From Candidatus Latescibacterota bacterium (GTDB lineage: Bacteria; Latescibacterota; UBA2968; UBA8231), in the NCBI GenBank assembly GCA_965206595.1, contig OZ242214.1, positions 1,280,001 through 1,344,000 of the forward strand: a DNA stretch of 64,000 bases, read 5' to 3'. The notes beneath the pieces were generated by a model, which searched no databases, was not told the origin of the DNA, and saw nothing but the letters and a program-made list of their open reading frames with translations. Position numbers and translations under genes: made by a program. Positions 1-10,035 of the stretch are shown one piece after another (position 1 is the stretch's first letter; each line of letters opens with the position of its first letter).

Positions 1-1424
1 AGCACGGCGGCGGCGGCGAGCACGGCGACCGGCATGCCCCCGAGCTCGTAGGCGAGCGGCAGCATCGAGGGCAGCAGGATGGCCATCGTCGTCCACGAGG
101 TCCCGATCGCAAAAGCCACCAGTGCGGCCAGCAGGAAGGTCGCGACCGGAACGAGCCCGGGAGCCAGAGAACTCCCCAGCGCCGAGACCAGGTAGGCGCC
201 TGTACCGACCGCCTGGCAGGCCTCCTTTATCGCCCAGGCCAGCAAGAGGACGACGAGGGCGTGGCGGAAGCTGGCGATACCTCCGATCCAGGCCACGGCG
301 ACGCGGGCAGCGCCCAGGGGGCGGGCGCCAGCCGGCGAGCGGCGAGTGAGGGCGATTGCACAGGCCGCGGCGGTCCCCGCCATCGAGGCGAGGAACATCA
401 CCCGGGCACCGGCGGCATTGCTGAAGACGGCGATCCAGTAGCCGCCGTCGGCGAGAAAGAACCCCCCTCGGGCTGCCTGGACGGCAGGGGAATCCCACGC
501 ATCCCACTGCATGCCTCCGAGAACCCCGAAAATCACCAGACCGACGGGAACGGCCGCGATCCCCCAGTGAGGCTGCACCCCTGCGGGTGGCTTCAGGGAG
601 TCGCTCTTCTCGCCGGTCATCGGCCGTGCGCCCTGCCGCAGGACGGCACCCGAGGCCGCGGCGCGGCGCTCGGCCGCAAGCATGGGGCCGTAGTCGCGGC
701 GCATCAGCACGGTACAGGCGACCAGGACCAGGGACAGGAAGCAGTAGAACCGCGACGGCAGGGCGAGGAAGAACAGCTCGTACCCCGACACCCCGGTGTC
801 CAGCTCCTTCATCACCTCTTCTAACAGCCCGACCTCGTACCCGATCCAGGTGCTGATCAGCGCCAGGCCGGCCACCGGGGCGGCGGTGGAATCGACGATG
901 TAGGCGAGCTTCTCGCGCGACACTCGGAAGCCGTCGCAGATCGGGCGCATGGTAGTGCCCACCACGAGGGTGTTGGCGTAGTCGTCGAAGAAGATCGCCA
1001 TACCCATCAGGAAAGCGGCCAGCCGCGCCGAGCGGGCCCCTTGCGCCCGCCGGGCAAGCAGTTCGGCGATTCCCTGGGTCCCCCCCGCCAGAACGACTAC
1101 CCGGACCATGCCGACCAGAGTGGCCGTGAAGGCGAGTATGTAGAGCTGGAACGATTCCCTCAGCGGTGCCCATACGAAGTCGACGGCGGCGCGCTGGAGA
1201 ACGGCGAAGGGAAAGTCCCACCCCCCGGCTTCCGGCATGCTGATGGCGGCCGCGGCGACGATGGCGGTCGCCAGGCCCAGGGCAAGCCTGCCGGTGGCGA
1301 CCGCGGTGAGGATGGCGATCAGCGGTGGAAACAGACTCCAGCCGTTCTGTTCCCCGGCTTCCGGCAGCGCCGCTGATACCGCGATTCCGGCGAGCAGGGC
1401 GGCGGCATAACGAACCAGTCCCAT
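1..1424 (-). CDS. Na+/H+ antiporter NhaC-family protein (runs off the left edge)
   Basis: Manual translation of segments from ATG at 1424 (MGLVRYAAALL...). Contains FFDDYANTLVVGTTMRP...SREKLAYIVDSTAAP and AFAIGTSWTTMAIL, which are typical NhaC/COG1757 motifs. Absent from the ORF track because its stop lies outside the window. Confidence 0.9.
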   Translation of the reverse strand, partial: MGLVRYAAALLAGIAVSAALPEAGEQNGWSLFPPLIAILTAVATGRLALGLATAIVAAAAISMPEAGGWDFPFAVLQRAAVDFVWAPLRESFQLYILAFTATLVGMVRVVVLAGGTQGIAELLARRAQGARSARLAAFLMGMAIFFDDYANTLVVGTTMRPICDGFRVSREKLAYIVDSTAAPVAGLALISTWIGYEVGLLEEVMKELDTGVSGYELFFLALPSRFYCFLSLVLVACTVLMRRDYGPMLAAERRAAASGAVLRQGARPMTGEKSDSLKPPAGVQPHWGIAAVPVGLVIFGVLGGMQWDAWDSPAVQAARGGFFLADGGYWIAVFSNAAGARVMFLASMAGTAAACAIALTRRSPAGARPLGAARVAVAWIGGIASFRHALVVLLLAWAIKEACQAVGTGAYLVSALGSSLAPGLVPVATFLLAALVAFAIGTSWTTMAILLPSMLPLAYELGGMPVAVLAAAAV

Positions 1425-1615
1425 GGTGTTCCTGGGGGTGATTCCATTCACAGGTTAGCGCGGCGTCGATCCCGGAGGAATGGCTCCGGGATTCTCCAGT
1501 TTCCAACCAGCGGGCCGTGGGTATCGACCGTACGTCAATGGGCGCAGACAACCCATTGGGCTCGGTCCGTTTTTTAGCAATGCACCCGAGACAGGCCGAT
1601 TCGGTGACTGGTGGG

Positions 1616-3511
1616 TTATCGGTCGGAGGGCAGGGATTCTATCTCCCCCTCGGGCACCGTGGACATCTCGAGTTTGAAGGCGAGGAGATAGATCATCACG
1701 CAGCCACAAATCCACCATGCGATCTGCCATACCCAGAGGGTGGGGATGCCGAAAGACCACTCGGCGGGGTCGGTCTGGTTGCCGAGTACGGCGAACGGCC
1801 CGATGGCGAACAGGAACCAGACGACCACCAGACCCCAGACTGGAAGCCTCCACTTCCGCTTTTCGGGCGGCAGCGCCGTGTGCTGCGCGATGAAGCGGTG
1901 ATAGCGGTCGCGGTGCTCTGCTTCGGCCGCGGTTTTCGGTTGCGTGAAGGCACTGACCGCGACCGTCAACAGCAGGTTCACGAGGATCCCCCAACCGGCG
2001 CTGTGGATCGTCAGCGGGTAGCGCCCGATGCCGATCAGGCCTCCGAGCTCGGTCACGTAGGTGAAGGTGACGGCGAGCAGACCCCCGATCAGGCCGCAGA
2101 CCACGCCGGCGGAGGTGAAGAAGCGGATGTAGCAGATGCCGAGAAGCGCCGGCCACATCTGGAGACCGTAAGAGACCGCGGCTCCCCCCAGAAGCACGAG
2201 CAGGTCGCCGCTGGCGAGCCCGACAATCAGGGCGAGGGTGATGACGACGGCGACGGTTATTCGGCCGACCAGGACCTGGGTCCGGTGCGAGGCTTCCCGG
2301 TTGAGGAAGTGGCGGTAGAGATCCCGGGTGACGATGCCGCTCGCCGTCGACATGTAAGCCGCCCCCGTCGACTGCATGGCGGCGAGGGCGCAGACGGCGA
2401 GCAGCCCGACGAGCCAGGGAAAGCCGTCGGACAGGGTCGATATGAGGTAGGGGACGAGGTAGTCGGAGATCGGTTTGCCGGCGTCGTTCACCGGGATCCC
2501 GAGCCTTTCGACTCCCGGCAGTAAGCCGCGGTCGAGGATGGCGCCGCCGAGTCCCTGGAAGGCGGTGAAGAAGAAGAGGATGGCGCCGATCACGACGGAG
2601 GAGGCGAAAACCTGCTGCCAGGGAAAGGGCCGGGGATCGCGGTTGGAAAAGGCCCACATGGAAAAAGCAGGGGCCGACTGTATGCCCATCAGGGCGAACA
2701 TGTAGGTCATGATCATCAGCCCGGTCCAGGGACCGCCCGAGAGATCCCAGAACATGGTGCCGGCCCGTTCGAGAAACGAATCCGACTCCGGCCGGGTTGG
2801 AATGGCGACCATGTCGCGGCTTTGCGCGGCGAGGCCTGCGAGGCCGCGTTCGAAGTTTGCCCAGCCGCCCACGAGGTCGAGGGCGACGAAGCCGAGGATG
2901 ACGATGCCGAGGGCGAGAAAGATGCACTAGGCGCAGTCGACGTAGGCGACCGAGCGCAGGCCTCCGGAGGCGACGTAGAGGAAGACGACGATCGACAGCA
3001 GGATCGCCCCCCCCTCGATATTGCCGATTACGGTGGCTTCGAGGGCGGTGCCCTCGACGAGGCGTTTGAACAGGATTCCGGAGGCACGCAGCTGGATTCC
3101 CAGGTACGGCACCGAGAAGACCATGGCGACGACGACGGTGAGCACCCGCATCCAGTCGCTGCGGTAGTAGTCGCTGAACATCTCCCCCGGGGTGATATAC
3201 CCGTAGCGTTTGCCGAGAAGCCACTGCCGCTTGAGGAAGATCACGCCGGTGAGCGGGATCGTTATCGCGTAGAAGGAGGCGAAGGCGTAGGGAAGGCCGA
3301 CGCCGTAGATCGTGCCGGGATGGCCGACGAAGGTCCAGCCGCTGAAGGAGGTGGCCGTGGCGGCGAGGACGAAAACCCATAACCCGATGCTGCGGCCGGC
3401 TATGAAGTAGTCGCTGGCGGTGCGCGCCTGGCGGGCACCCTTCAACCCCCAGAAAATGCAGTATGCCCAGTACCCCAGAATGAAAAGCAACAGCCAACCG
3501 AGCTTTTCCAC
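1616..3511 (-). pseudogene. Sodium:solute symporter (SSS) family gene interrupted by one in-frame TAG at 2927-2929
   Basis: ORFs 2927..3511 (DYFIAGR, ATSFSGWTFVGHPG) and 1616..2872 (AAMQST) share a frame. The junction reads VAYVDCA*CIFLALGIVILG. Confidence 0.8.
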
Positions 3512-3515
3512 GGGT

Positions 3516-3608
3516 TCAGCAGCGCACTGGCCGGGTTGCAGCTCCGGCGTCGGGGTCGATTACGGTCGTTACGGTCGTTACGGTCGTGAGGAGGGTGGCG
3601 GTGGGCAT
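3516..3608 (-). CDS. Possible 30-aa Thr/Val-rich upstream ORF (leader peptide)
   Basis: MPTATLLTTVTTVTTVIDPDAGAATRPVRC. GAGGAG lies 9 nt upstream of the ATG, and the stop is 4 nt before the SSS GTG. Confidence 0.35.
   Translation of the reverse strand: MPTATLLTTVTTVTTVIDPDAGAATRPVRC
3561..3587. repeat. 9-bp tandem repeat (tacggtcgt) x3
   Basis: Directly visible in the sequence. Confidence 0.9.
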
Positions 3609-3772
3609 GCTGACGATCTCCTCTTTCACCGCGGCGACGTCGTTTCTGCAGCCTGTACCGGATAGGAGAGCAGCTGCCTTGTCCCGGCACGGACCCGAGT
3701 TTTCCGGGATGGTTGCTGCTTCCCTGGAGCACGGACCCCTTCGAGGAGGGATCCTCGGAGGTGGGCAGGGCA

Positions 3773-4699
3773 CTAGTTCGGGCGGCGCAGGTGCCAGAAC
3801 AGGTTGGTCACCCGCCAGCTGCCTCCCCGTTTGCTCAGGGTCCACAGAACGTGGCGGTCGGCCGAGTGGGTCGCATCCCCCAGGGTGTGGCCTACGGTGA
3901 CCTTCTCGCGGGCGACGGCGAGGGCCTCGGTGCCGGAAGCGCCCATGCTGGTGTGGACGATCTCGCGCTCGATGTCGTAGGTCGTCAGCTCGAGCCGGTT
4001 GTCGAGCCACTCCTTCCAGACTTTCTCGCCGCTGAACACGACGATCCACGAAGCCGGGGTGATCAGGCCATAGGCGTCGACGACGGTGATCTTGTCGTCG
4101 TAAACTCCAGAAAGGGATCCGGAGCTGCCGTCACGCCAACCCTGGGCCTCTTCCTTGAGGAACTCCTCCAGTTCCGCGTCCACCCCAGCGTCGCCGGCAA
4201 AGCGGCCGGCGGTGCTGTCGCCGATATCGTGGATGAAACCGGTGGCGAACCATTCCTCGTCCCGCTTCTCGAAAAACCACAGGTCGTTGACCCAGTACTG
4301 GCTGGCGGTACCGGAAGCGCGTTCGCTGACGGAGCCCGAGTCGACGACGGCGACGAAGGCCCTGCCCCCGAGGACGTTGACCAGCAGGTAGGTGCGCTGG
4401 ATGTCGTACTTGCTGGCCCGCAGATCTTCCTCCAGCGCCCGGGCGTAATCTGAGGCGGACTCGTGCACGACCCTCCAGCCGACAGGGTCGATCCGTCCGC
4501 CTCCGTCGTAGACGACGAACCGCTTTTCGTCGTACGCAGAGGCCATCAGCTCGACGTTTCCCCGGCGGCGGCCGGAGAGCTCCTTGCCCAGGGCCTGGTG
4601 TATCAGCAACGTCGCCGCGGCATCGGCAAAGGCGGTCGCGGGAACGCAGAAGGCGATCAGAAAGAACAGGCGGCAGTTCGCGAGGGTGGCGGAGATCAT
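3773..4699 (-). CDS. Secreted hypothetical protein with two tandem NTF2/SnoaL-like domains
   Basis: Signal peptide ending ATAFA. Internal duplication (AYDEKRFVVYD..P.GWRVV...KYDIQR versus VYDDKITVVDA..P.SWIVV...TYDIER) with KRDEEW/KRGGSW end strands. ATGA overlap with the upstream gene. Confidence 0.65.
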   Translation of the reverse strand: MISATLANCRLFFLIAFCVPATAFADAAATLLIHQALGKELSGRRRGNVELMASAYDEKRFVVYDGGGRIDPVGWRVVHESASDYARALEEDLRASKYDIQRTYLLVNVLGGRAFVAVVDSGSVSERASGTASQYWVNDLWFFEKRDEEWFATGFIHDIGDSTAGRFAGDAGVDAELEEFLKEEAQGWRDGSSGSLSGVYDDKITVVDAYGLITPASWIVVFSGEKVWKEWLDNRLELTTYDIEREIVHTSMGASGTEALAVAREKVTVGHTLGDATHSADRHVLWTLSKRGGSWRVTNLFWHLRRPN

Positions 4700-5928
4700 G
4701 AGGAACCTCCGAGCTGCCCGAGGGCCCATTCGGCGTAGTAGGCGACGGTGGCATCGTCGTCGTCGACCAGGGAGGCGAGCTGCTCGCGAGCCTCCGGAGT
4801 AGCGATCCTGCCGAGGGCGATTACTGCGTTGTAGCGGACTTCCGAAGAGCTGTCGGAAACCGCGTCGCGAAGTTGCGGGACCGCGGCGAGAACCCGGGCC
4901 TGGCCGAGGACCTGGGCCGCCCCGGAGCGGGCGAGCTGTTCGTCGTCCGACAAGGTTGCGATCAGGCGCTCCTCGACCGCCCCGGAGCTGCGTTGCACTT
5001 CGATCAGCGATTTCACCGCGTTGACGCGCAGGATGGGATCGGTGCTGCCCATCGAGGCAAAGAGGAAATCGGTTCCGCCCTCGTCACCGAGCCGTGACAT
5101 CGAGGCCGAGGCGTTGAAGCGGACGAGGTTGCTCGGATCGTCGAGAAGCCTGGAAAGAGCGCCTATTGCCCCGGGATTGCCGACGTTGCCGAGGGCCTGC
5201 GCCGAGCGCATGCGGATGTCCGGATCGTCGGATTCCAGCTGTAGCAGCAGGCGTTCCTCCACGACGCTCAAGGAAGAGGAGATCTCCTCGCGGTACGGGC
5301 TGCCGGAGGCGAACAGCTCGACCAGAAGGGGAACCCCGAAATAGTTGGTCCGGCGCAACTCCTCGATGGCGATCTTCGCGAGCGCGGGGTCGGTCTCGGT
5401 GGCGAGGGCGGCGTGCACTACTCCGGCGCCGGAAGCTTCGTTCATCTTCACCAGGGCCATCGCCGTGTAGAGGCGGATGACCGGATCCCCTTCGGCTTCG
5501 AAGAGCGCCTTCAGGGCCGTGACCGCCGGCTGGTTGTACCCCAGTTCCCCGACCGCCCTGAGACTGGCGACCCGCTCGGCGAAGGTGTATGTCCCCGCCG
5601 CGGTCCGGGGGTGAATCTGTGCCGACGCAGCCTTGTGTTTGATGCGCCCCAACACGACCGTGGCGCCGGTTCGCGTCTGCTCGATCTCGGCGCGGAATTC
5701 CCGGTAGTCCTTGCCCTTGTATTTCGCGGGGTCGAGAAGAACCATCAGCTGGCGCGCCGCGGGGCGCCCGATGGCGACCAGCTCGTCGACCGCCTGGTTC
5801 CAGCCTTCCGAATCGATCTGGTTGGCGGCGAGAACCTCGATCTGTTCAGCGACTTCCTGCTCGGTTGTCGTGCAGCCGATCCCCAAGGCCATCGAGGCCA
5901 GGGCGAACAAAATCCGTGTCCTGATCAT
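4696..5928 (-). CDS. HEAT/PBS-repeat lipoprotein
   Basis: Lipobox LGIGC after a hydrophobic stretch. Repeated D...vR..A..ALg motifs. Confidence 0.85.
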   Translation of the reverse strand: MIRTRILFALASMALGIGCTTTEQEVAEQIEVLAANQIDSEGWNQAVDELVAIGRPAARQLMVLLDPAKYKGKDYREFRAEIEQTRTGATVVLGRIKHKAASAQIHPRTAAGTYTFAERVASLRAVGELGYNQPAVTALKALFEAEGDPVIRLYTAMALVKMNEASGAGVVHAALATETDPALAKIAIEELRRTNYFGVPLLVELFASGSPYREEISSSLSVVEERLLLQLESDDPDIRMRSAQALGNVGNPGAIGALSRLLDDPSNLVRFNASASMSRLGDEGGTDFLFASMGSTDPILRVNAVKSLIEVQRSSGAVEERLIATLSDDEQLARSGAAQVLGQARVLAAVPQLRDAVSDSSSEVRYNAVIALGRIATPEAREQLASLVDDDDATVAYYAEWALGQLGGSS

Positions 5929-6113
5929 GGGCTCGAAATCACTCGACGTTGTCGGGCTGGAAGTGTGAAAGTAGCTTTGCGGGCAAGGGCTCAAGCACGG
6001 GAATCTGCTCTGCCACCGGCTTCCTGGCCGGCTTGATGCGGATATACAGTAAGAGGCTCCAGAATGAAGGGTCGTAATCTAAATCGCTCCCAAGGCAGGA
6101 GCAACCGGATACC

Positions 6114-6629
6114 GTGATCAGCGGCATCCACTGGCTGGACTGGACCGCCCTGGGGCTGGTCGCCCTCCTCGGCTTCCGCGGCTATCGGCAGGGGCTCATC
6201 CTCCAGTTGGCGACGTTCCTGGCCATAGGCCTCGGTCTTCTCGGCGGACTCCATCTCCAGGACGCCGCCCTGCCGCTGCTGCCGGACTTCGAAATGCCCC
6301 GGCTCCGGTTCGCGGCCAGCTTCGCCCTCGTGTTCGCCTCGATCGCCCTCAGCGTGAACGTCGTCTCCCGGCTGCTGCGCAAGGCGGTGCACGCCCTGTT
6401 CCTGGGATGGATCGACCGCCTGCTCGGAGGGGTTTTCGGAGTGCTGGTCGGGCTGCAGGTTCTGCTCGCGGCCGTGCTGCTGATCGGCCGCTACCTGCCG
6501 AAGGGGGTCGGCTGGCTGCAGGAGAGCGTGGTTGCCCCGGGGATGTTGGCCATCAGCGCCCGCCTGCTGCCGCTGCTGCCGCAACAGTTCACACGGTTTT
6601 TCGAACATCGCTTCGGCGACCTGATCTGA
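6114..6629 (+). CDS. cvpA: CvpA family (colicin V production) membrane protein
   Basis: LD...GYRQGLI at the N-terminus and LGWIDRLLGGVFG. Confidence 0.9.
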   Translation: MISGIHWLDWTALGLVALLGFRGYRQGLILQLATFLAIGLGLLGGLHLQDAALPLLPDFEMPRLRFAASFALVFASIALSVNVVSRLLRKAVHALFLGWIDRLLGGVFGVLVGLQVLLAAVLLIGRYLPKGVGWLQESVVAPGMLAISARLLPLLPQQFTRFFEHRFGDLI

Positions 6630-6637
6630 GGTCCCAG

Positions 6638-8917
6638 TTACGGGGCGACCGCGGAAAAAAGCGTATAGGCCGTAGTCCAGTGCACCTTGCGCCCGTTGAG
6701 CTGGCGCTCGAACAGGCCCCGCACCAGCCGCAACGAGGCGTTGTCGAGCTGCCGGTGCAGATAGCGCGCAAAGGTCGGGTGTTTCTCCCCGCCCGGGTTG
6801 AACCAGTGGCCGAGTTGCCGCATTGCGATCCGCCGCACTGTCGTCCGCTCTTCGGTCGCCCACTCCACCGTCTCGAACCCCGCCTCCTGCAGCAGCCGTT
6901 TCAGGTCGCCCTCCACCCAGTTGACCCGCGGGTTGTCGGGGTCGTCGTAAATCGCCTTTTCGGCGCTGACCACGCGCTCCCTCAACCCCTCTTCCAGCTC
7001 GCCGAGATCGACTAGCCGACACAGGCGCTGGGCCCGCCGCTGCACCACCTCCCACAGCCGCAGCCGGCACCCCGGCGCGGCGAGGCCGCGAAGCTGGCGG
7101 GCGATCTTCTCCTTATCCCCCGAGAAACCGGCGGCGTTGCGGCCGATGATCGCCTCGAAGCGGATGCCGGGGTCCGCGGCTTCGAGGGCAGGGCCGAGGT
7201 CCTCGATGGCGGCCTCGAGAACATGTGGACGATCCAGCTCTTCCAAGTGGGCGGCGGCCAGCTCTCGCAGACCCACCGCGGAAGGGGCGTCGATGCAGAC
7301 CGACCATACCGTTCCCTCGGGGACCCGGCGCAAAGCCTCCCAGGTCAGCAAGCCGGAGCCGGCTGCCAGGTCGAGGACCCTGTCGTGGCGCTCGAGTCCG
7401 AGGGAGTGGAAGACCGCTTCCCGAAGATGGCCGTTGAGGGCGCCGGTCTCGCCTCCGGCGCGTTCCAGCCACTGGTCGCGGGCGCTGTCCGCGGGCGAAT
7501 GGGACAGGTGTTCGGGCGCCGGCAGGTCGGGACTGCCGCTCTCCATAACCGCGGCGAGCTGTAGCTCCCGGCGCCGCACCACCGAGGTGCGGATTGCCGC
7601 TTCGTGCCCCTGGTCGGAGGGCTGGTAGAAGACGCGTCCCTGGAGATTGGCGGGCAGGTACTGCTGGGCGACCCAGTGGTCGCGGTAGGCGTGCGGGTAG
7701 AGGTAGCCCTCCCCGTGGCCGAATCCCTCGCTGTCTCGATTGGCGTCCTTGAGATGGTTGGGGACCTCGTCTTCGCGCTCCTTCTCGACCGCGGCGAGGG
7801 CGTCGAAGAAGGCCATGGAGGAGTTGCTCTTGGGAGCGGTCGCCAGGTGCAGCGCCGCCTGAGACAAGGCGAAGCGGCCTTCGGGCAGGCCTACCCGGTC
7901 GAAGGCCTCGGCCGCGGCGACGACCAGCGGCAAGGCGCCCGGGTCGGCGATGCCGACGTCCTCGCTGGCGAAGATGATCATGCGGCGAAAGAGGAATCGC
8001 GGGTCCTCCCCGGCGTAGACCATGCGGGCGAGCCAGTACAAGGTGGCGTCCGGGTCGGAACCCCGCATCGACTTGATGAAGGCGCTGATCGAGTCGAAGT
8101 GGTAGTCCCCTTCCTTGTCGTAGAGAACCGCCCGCCTCTGGATCGACTCTTCGGCGACGGCGAGATTGATGTGCACGCGGCCGTCGCTCGGGGCGGTAGT
8201 CTCGACGGCGAGCTCGAGGGCGTTGAGCAGCGCCCGGGCGTCGCCGTTGGCGACGTCGACGAGATGGGCAAGGGCGTCGTCGTCAACGGTCAGGCCCTCG
8301 AGGCCTCCGTACCCGCGGGGATCGGTCAGGGCGTTGCGCGCCACCGCGTCGAGGTCGCTCTCGGTCAGGGACTTGAGCTGGAACAGGCGGCTGCGGGAGA
8401 CCAGCGGCCTGTTGACGGCGAAGTACGGGTTTTCCGTGGTGGCCCCGATCAGGATGACGGTGCCATTCTCGACCCAGGGCAGGAGCGCGTCCTGCTGGGC
8501 CTTGTTGAAGCGGTGGACCTCGTCGATGAAGAGGATGGTGCGCTGGCCGTGCAGGTGGCGGAGGTCCTTGGCCTCGTCGATAGCCTGCCGGATGTCGGCG
8601 ACCCCTGCGAGCACGGCGTTGATGGTGATGAAATGGGAGCGCGTAGTGTTGGCGATGACATGGGCGAGGGTGGTCTTGCCGGTTCCCGGTGGGCCGTAGA
8701 AGATGAGAGAGGAGAGCTGGTCGGCCTGGATGGCGCGGCGCAGCAGCCGTCCGCGCCCGAGGATGTGCTCCTGGCCGACGAAGTCGTCGAGCGCCGCGGG
8801 GCGCAGGCGCGCCGCCAGCGGCTGTTCGTGCTCTAGCTGTTCGCGGCGTCCCGCGGCGAAGAGGTCGAGGTCGGGGGCGCTGCGTCTGGGTCGCTGTTCC
8901 GGCATGGATTCCGGCAT
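6638..8917 (-). CDS. rarA: Replication-associated recombination protein RarA/MgsA with a C-terminal methyltransferase-like extension
   Basis: PLAARLRP, GPPGTGKT, FIDEVHRFNKAQQD, GATTENP, SAFIKSMRGSDPDA; C-terminal VLDLAAGSG. Start at 8917 or 8905. Confidence 0.9.
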   Translation of the reverse strand: MPESMPEQRPRRSAPDLDLFAAGRREQLEHEQPLAARLRPAALDDFVGQEHILGRGRLLRRAIQADQLSSLIFYGPPGTGKTTLAHVIANTTRSHFITINAVLAGVADIRQAIDEAKDLRHLHGQRTILFIDEVHRFNKAQQDALLPWVENGTVILIGATTENPYFAVNRPLVSRSRLFQLKSLTESDLDAVARNALTDPRGYGGLEGLTVDDDALAHLVDVANGDARALLNALELAVETTAPSDGRVHINLAVAEESIQRRAVLYDKEGDYHFDSISAFIKSMRGSDPDATLYWLARMVYAGEDPRFLFRRMIIFASEDVGIADPGALPLVVAAAEAFDRVGLPEGRFALSQAALHLATAPKSNSSMAFFDALAAVEKEREDEVPNHLKDANRDSEGFGHGEGYLYPHAYRDHWVAQQYLPANLQGRVFYQPSDQGHEAAIRTSVVRRRELQLAAVMESGSPDLPAPEHLSHSPADSARDQWLERAGGETGALNGHLREAVFHSLGLERHDRVLDLAAGSGLLTWEALRRVPEGTVWSVCIDAPSAVGLRELAAAHLEELDRPHVLEAAIEDLGPALEAADPGIRFEAIIGRNAAGFSGDKEKIARQLRGLAAPGCRLRLWEVVQRRAQRLCRLVDLGELEEGLRERVVSAEKAIYDDPDNPRVNWVEGDLKRLLQEAGFETVEWATEERTTVRRIAMRQLGHWFNPGGEKHPTFARYLHRQLDNASLRLVRGLFERQLNGRKVHWTTAYTLFSAVAP

Positions 8918-8989
8918 CGGGCAAAGGCTGTACCTTACTTGGAGACGAAGGTAACGGAGCGCGAATGGCCCAACAATTCGGAAGGGATA

Positions 8990-10012
8990 ATGCTGGCCAT
9001 CGACCAGACCGGGATTGAAACGGAGGAGCAGCTGATCGGGCAGCTGACGGCACCGGCCCCCGCGGTGGTGCGGGCCGCGGCCGCTCTCGACGGGCCGGTG
9101 ATGGTACTCGGCGCCGGCGGCAAGATGGGGCCGACCCTGGCCGAGCTGCTCGTCAGGGCCGGGGCGGAAGTGATCGCCGTGTCCCGCTTTTACCAACCGG
9201 GTCTGCGGGAATATCTCGGGGGCGTCGGAGTCGGGACGATTGCCGCGGACCTGATGGAGGAGGGATCCCTGCAGTCGCTGCCCGATGCCGGGCAGGTGCT
9301 CCTGCTCGCCGGCCACAAGTTCGGCTCCACGGGGGACCCCGCGGCGACCTGGGCGGTCAACGCCGAGCTGCCGGGCGGCGTCGTCTCGCGCTATCGCGAC
9401 GCCCGCGTAATCTACCTGAGCAGCGGCAACGTGTACCCGTTCACCGAGGCCGGGGGCGGCGGCTCCAGGGAAACAGACCCGGTCGGCCCGGTCGGGGAGT
9501 ACGCGCAGTCGCGCCTGGGGGGAGAGCGCCTCGCCGAGTACGCGGCATTGAAATACGGCACCGCGCTGCTCACGGTGCGTCTCTTCTACGCGACCGAGCT
9601 GCGCTACGGCATAATCCGCGACATAGCCGAGCGCGTGCACGCCGGCGAGCCGGTCGACCTGACGACGGGGCACGTCAACCAGATCTGGCAGGGGGACGCC
9701 ATCGCCTGGCTGGCGCGCTCCTTTCCGCTCTGCTCCCACCCGCCGGAGGTCATCAACATGACCGGACCGGCGGTGCTGTCGGTGCGCGCCATCGCCGCCG
9801 CGGCGGGGGCCGAGATGGGGCGACAGCCGGTGTTCGCCGGCAGCGAAGCCGAGACCTCCCTTCTCGGCAATGCCGGCAGGCTGATCGAGCTACTGGGGCC
9901 CCCGGAGATTCCGGTGGAAACGATGATCCGGTGGACGGCCCGCTGGGTCGCCCGGGGCGGGTGCAGCCTCGGAAAGCCGACGCAATACGAAGTGCGCTCC
10001 GGGCAGTTCTGA
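8990..10012 (+). CDS. NAD-dependent epimerase/dehydratase
   Basis: GAGGKMG Rossmann motif, SSGNVY, EYAQSRLGGE. Confidence 0.85.
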   Translation: MLAIDQTGIETEEQLIGQLTAPAPAVVRAAAALDGPVMVLGAGGKMGPTLAELLVRAGAEVIAVSRFYQPGLREYLGGVGVGTIAADLMEEGSLQSLPDAGQVLLLAGHKFGSTGDPAATWAVNAELPGGVVSRYRDARVIYLSSGNVYPFTEAGGGGSRETDPVGPVGEYAQSRLGGERLAEYAALKYGTALLTVRLFYATELRYGIIRDIAERVHAGEPVDLTTGHVNQIWQGDAIAWLARSFPLCSHPPEVINMTGPAVLSVRAIAAAAGAEMGRQPVFAGSEAETSLLGNAGRLIELLGPPEIPVETMIRWTARWVARGGCSLGKPTQYEVRSGQF

Positions 10013-10035
10013 AGGGGGGCGAGGAAAGCCGCGGA

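Noticed and set aside
1425-1615. Na+/Li+ or other riboswitch upstream of nhaC (hairpins near 1469-1491 and 1536-1558)
   Set aside because: Hairpins exist, but I cannot match a known consensus by eye. An Rfam/Infernal scan is needed.
2927-2929. Genome-wide TAG reassignment (Gln or pyrrolysine)
   Set aside because: TAG ends several genes at plausible natural C-termini (17075, 37871, 39962, 52301, 63435), and no pyl genes or suppressor tRNA are visible.
8918-9739. 1033-aa N-terminally extended RarA
   Set aside because: The extension is antisense to the epimerase gene. The real start is near 8917 or 8905.
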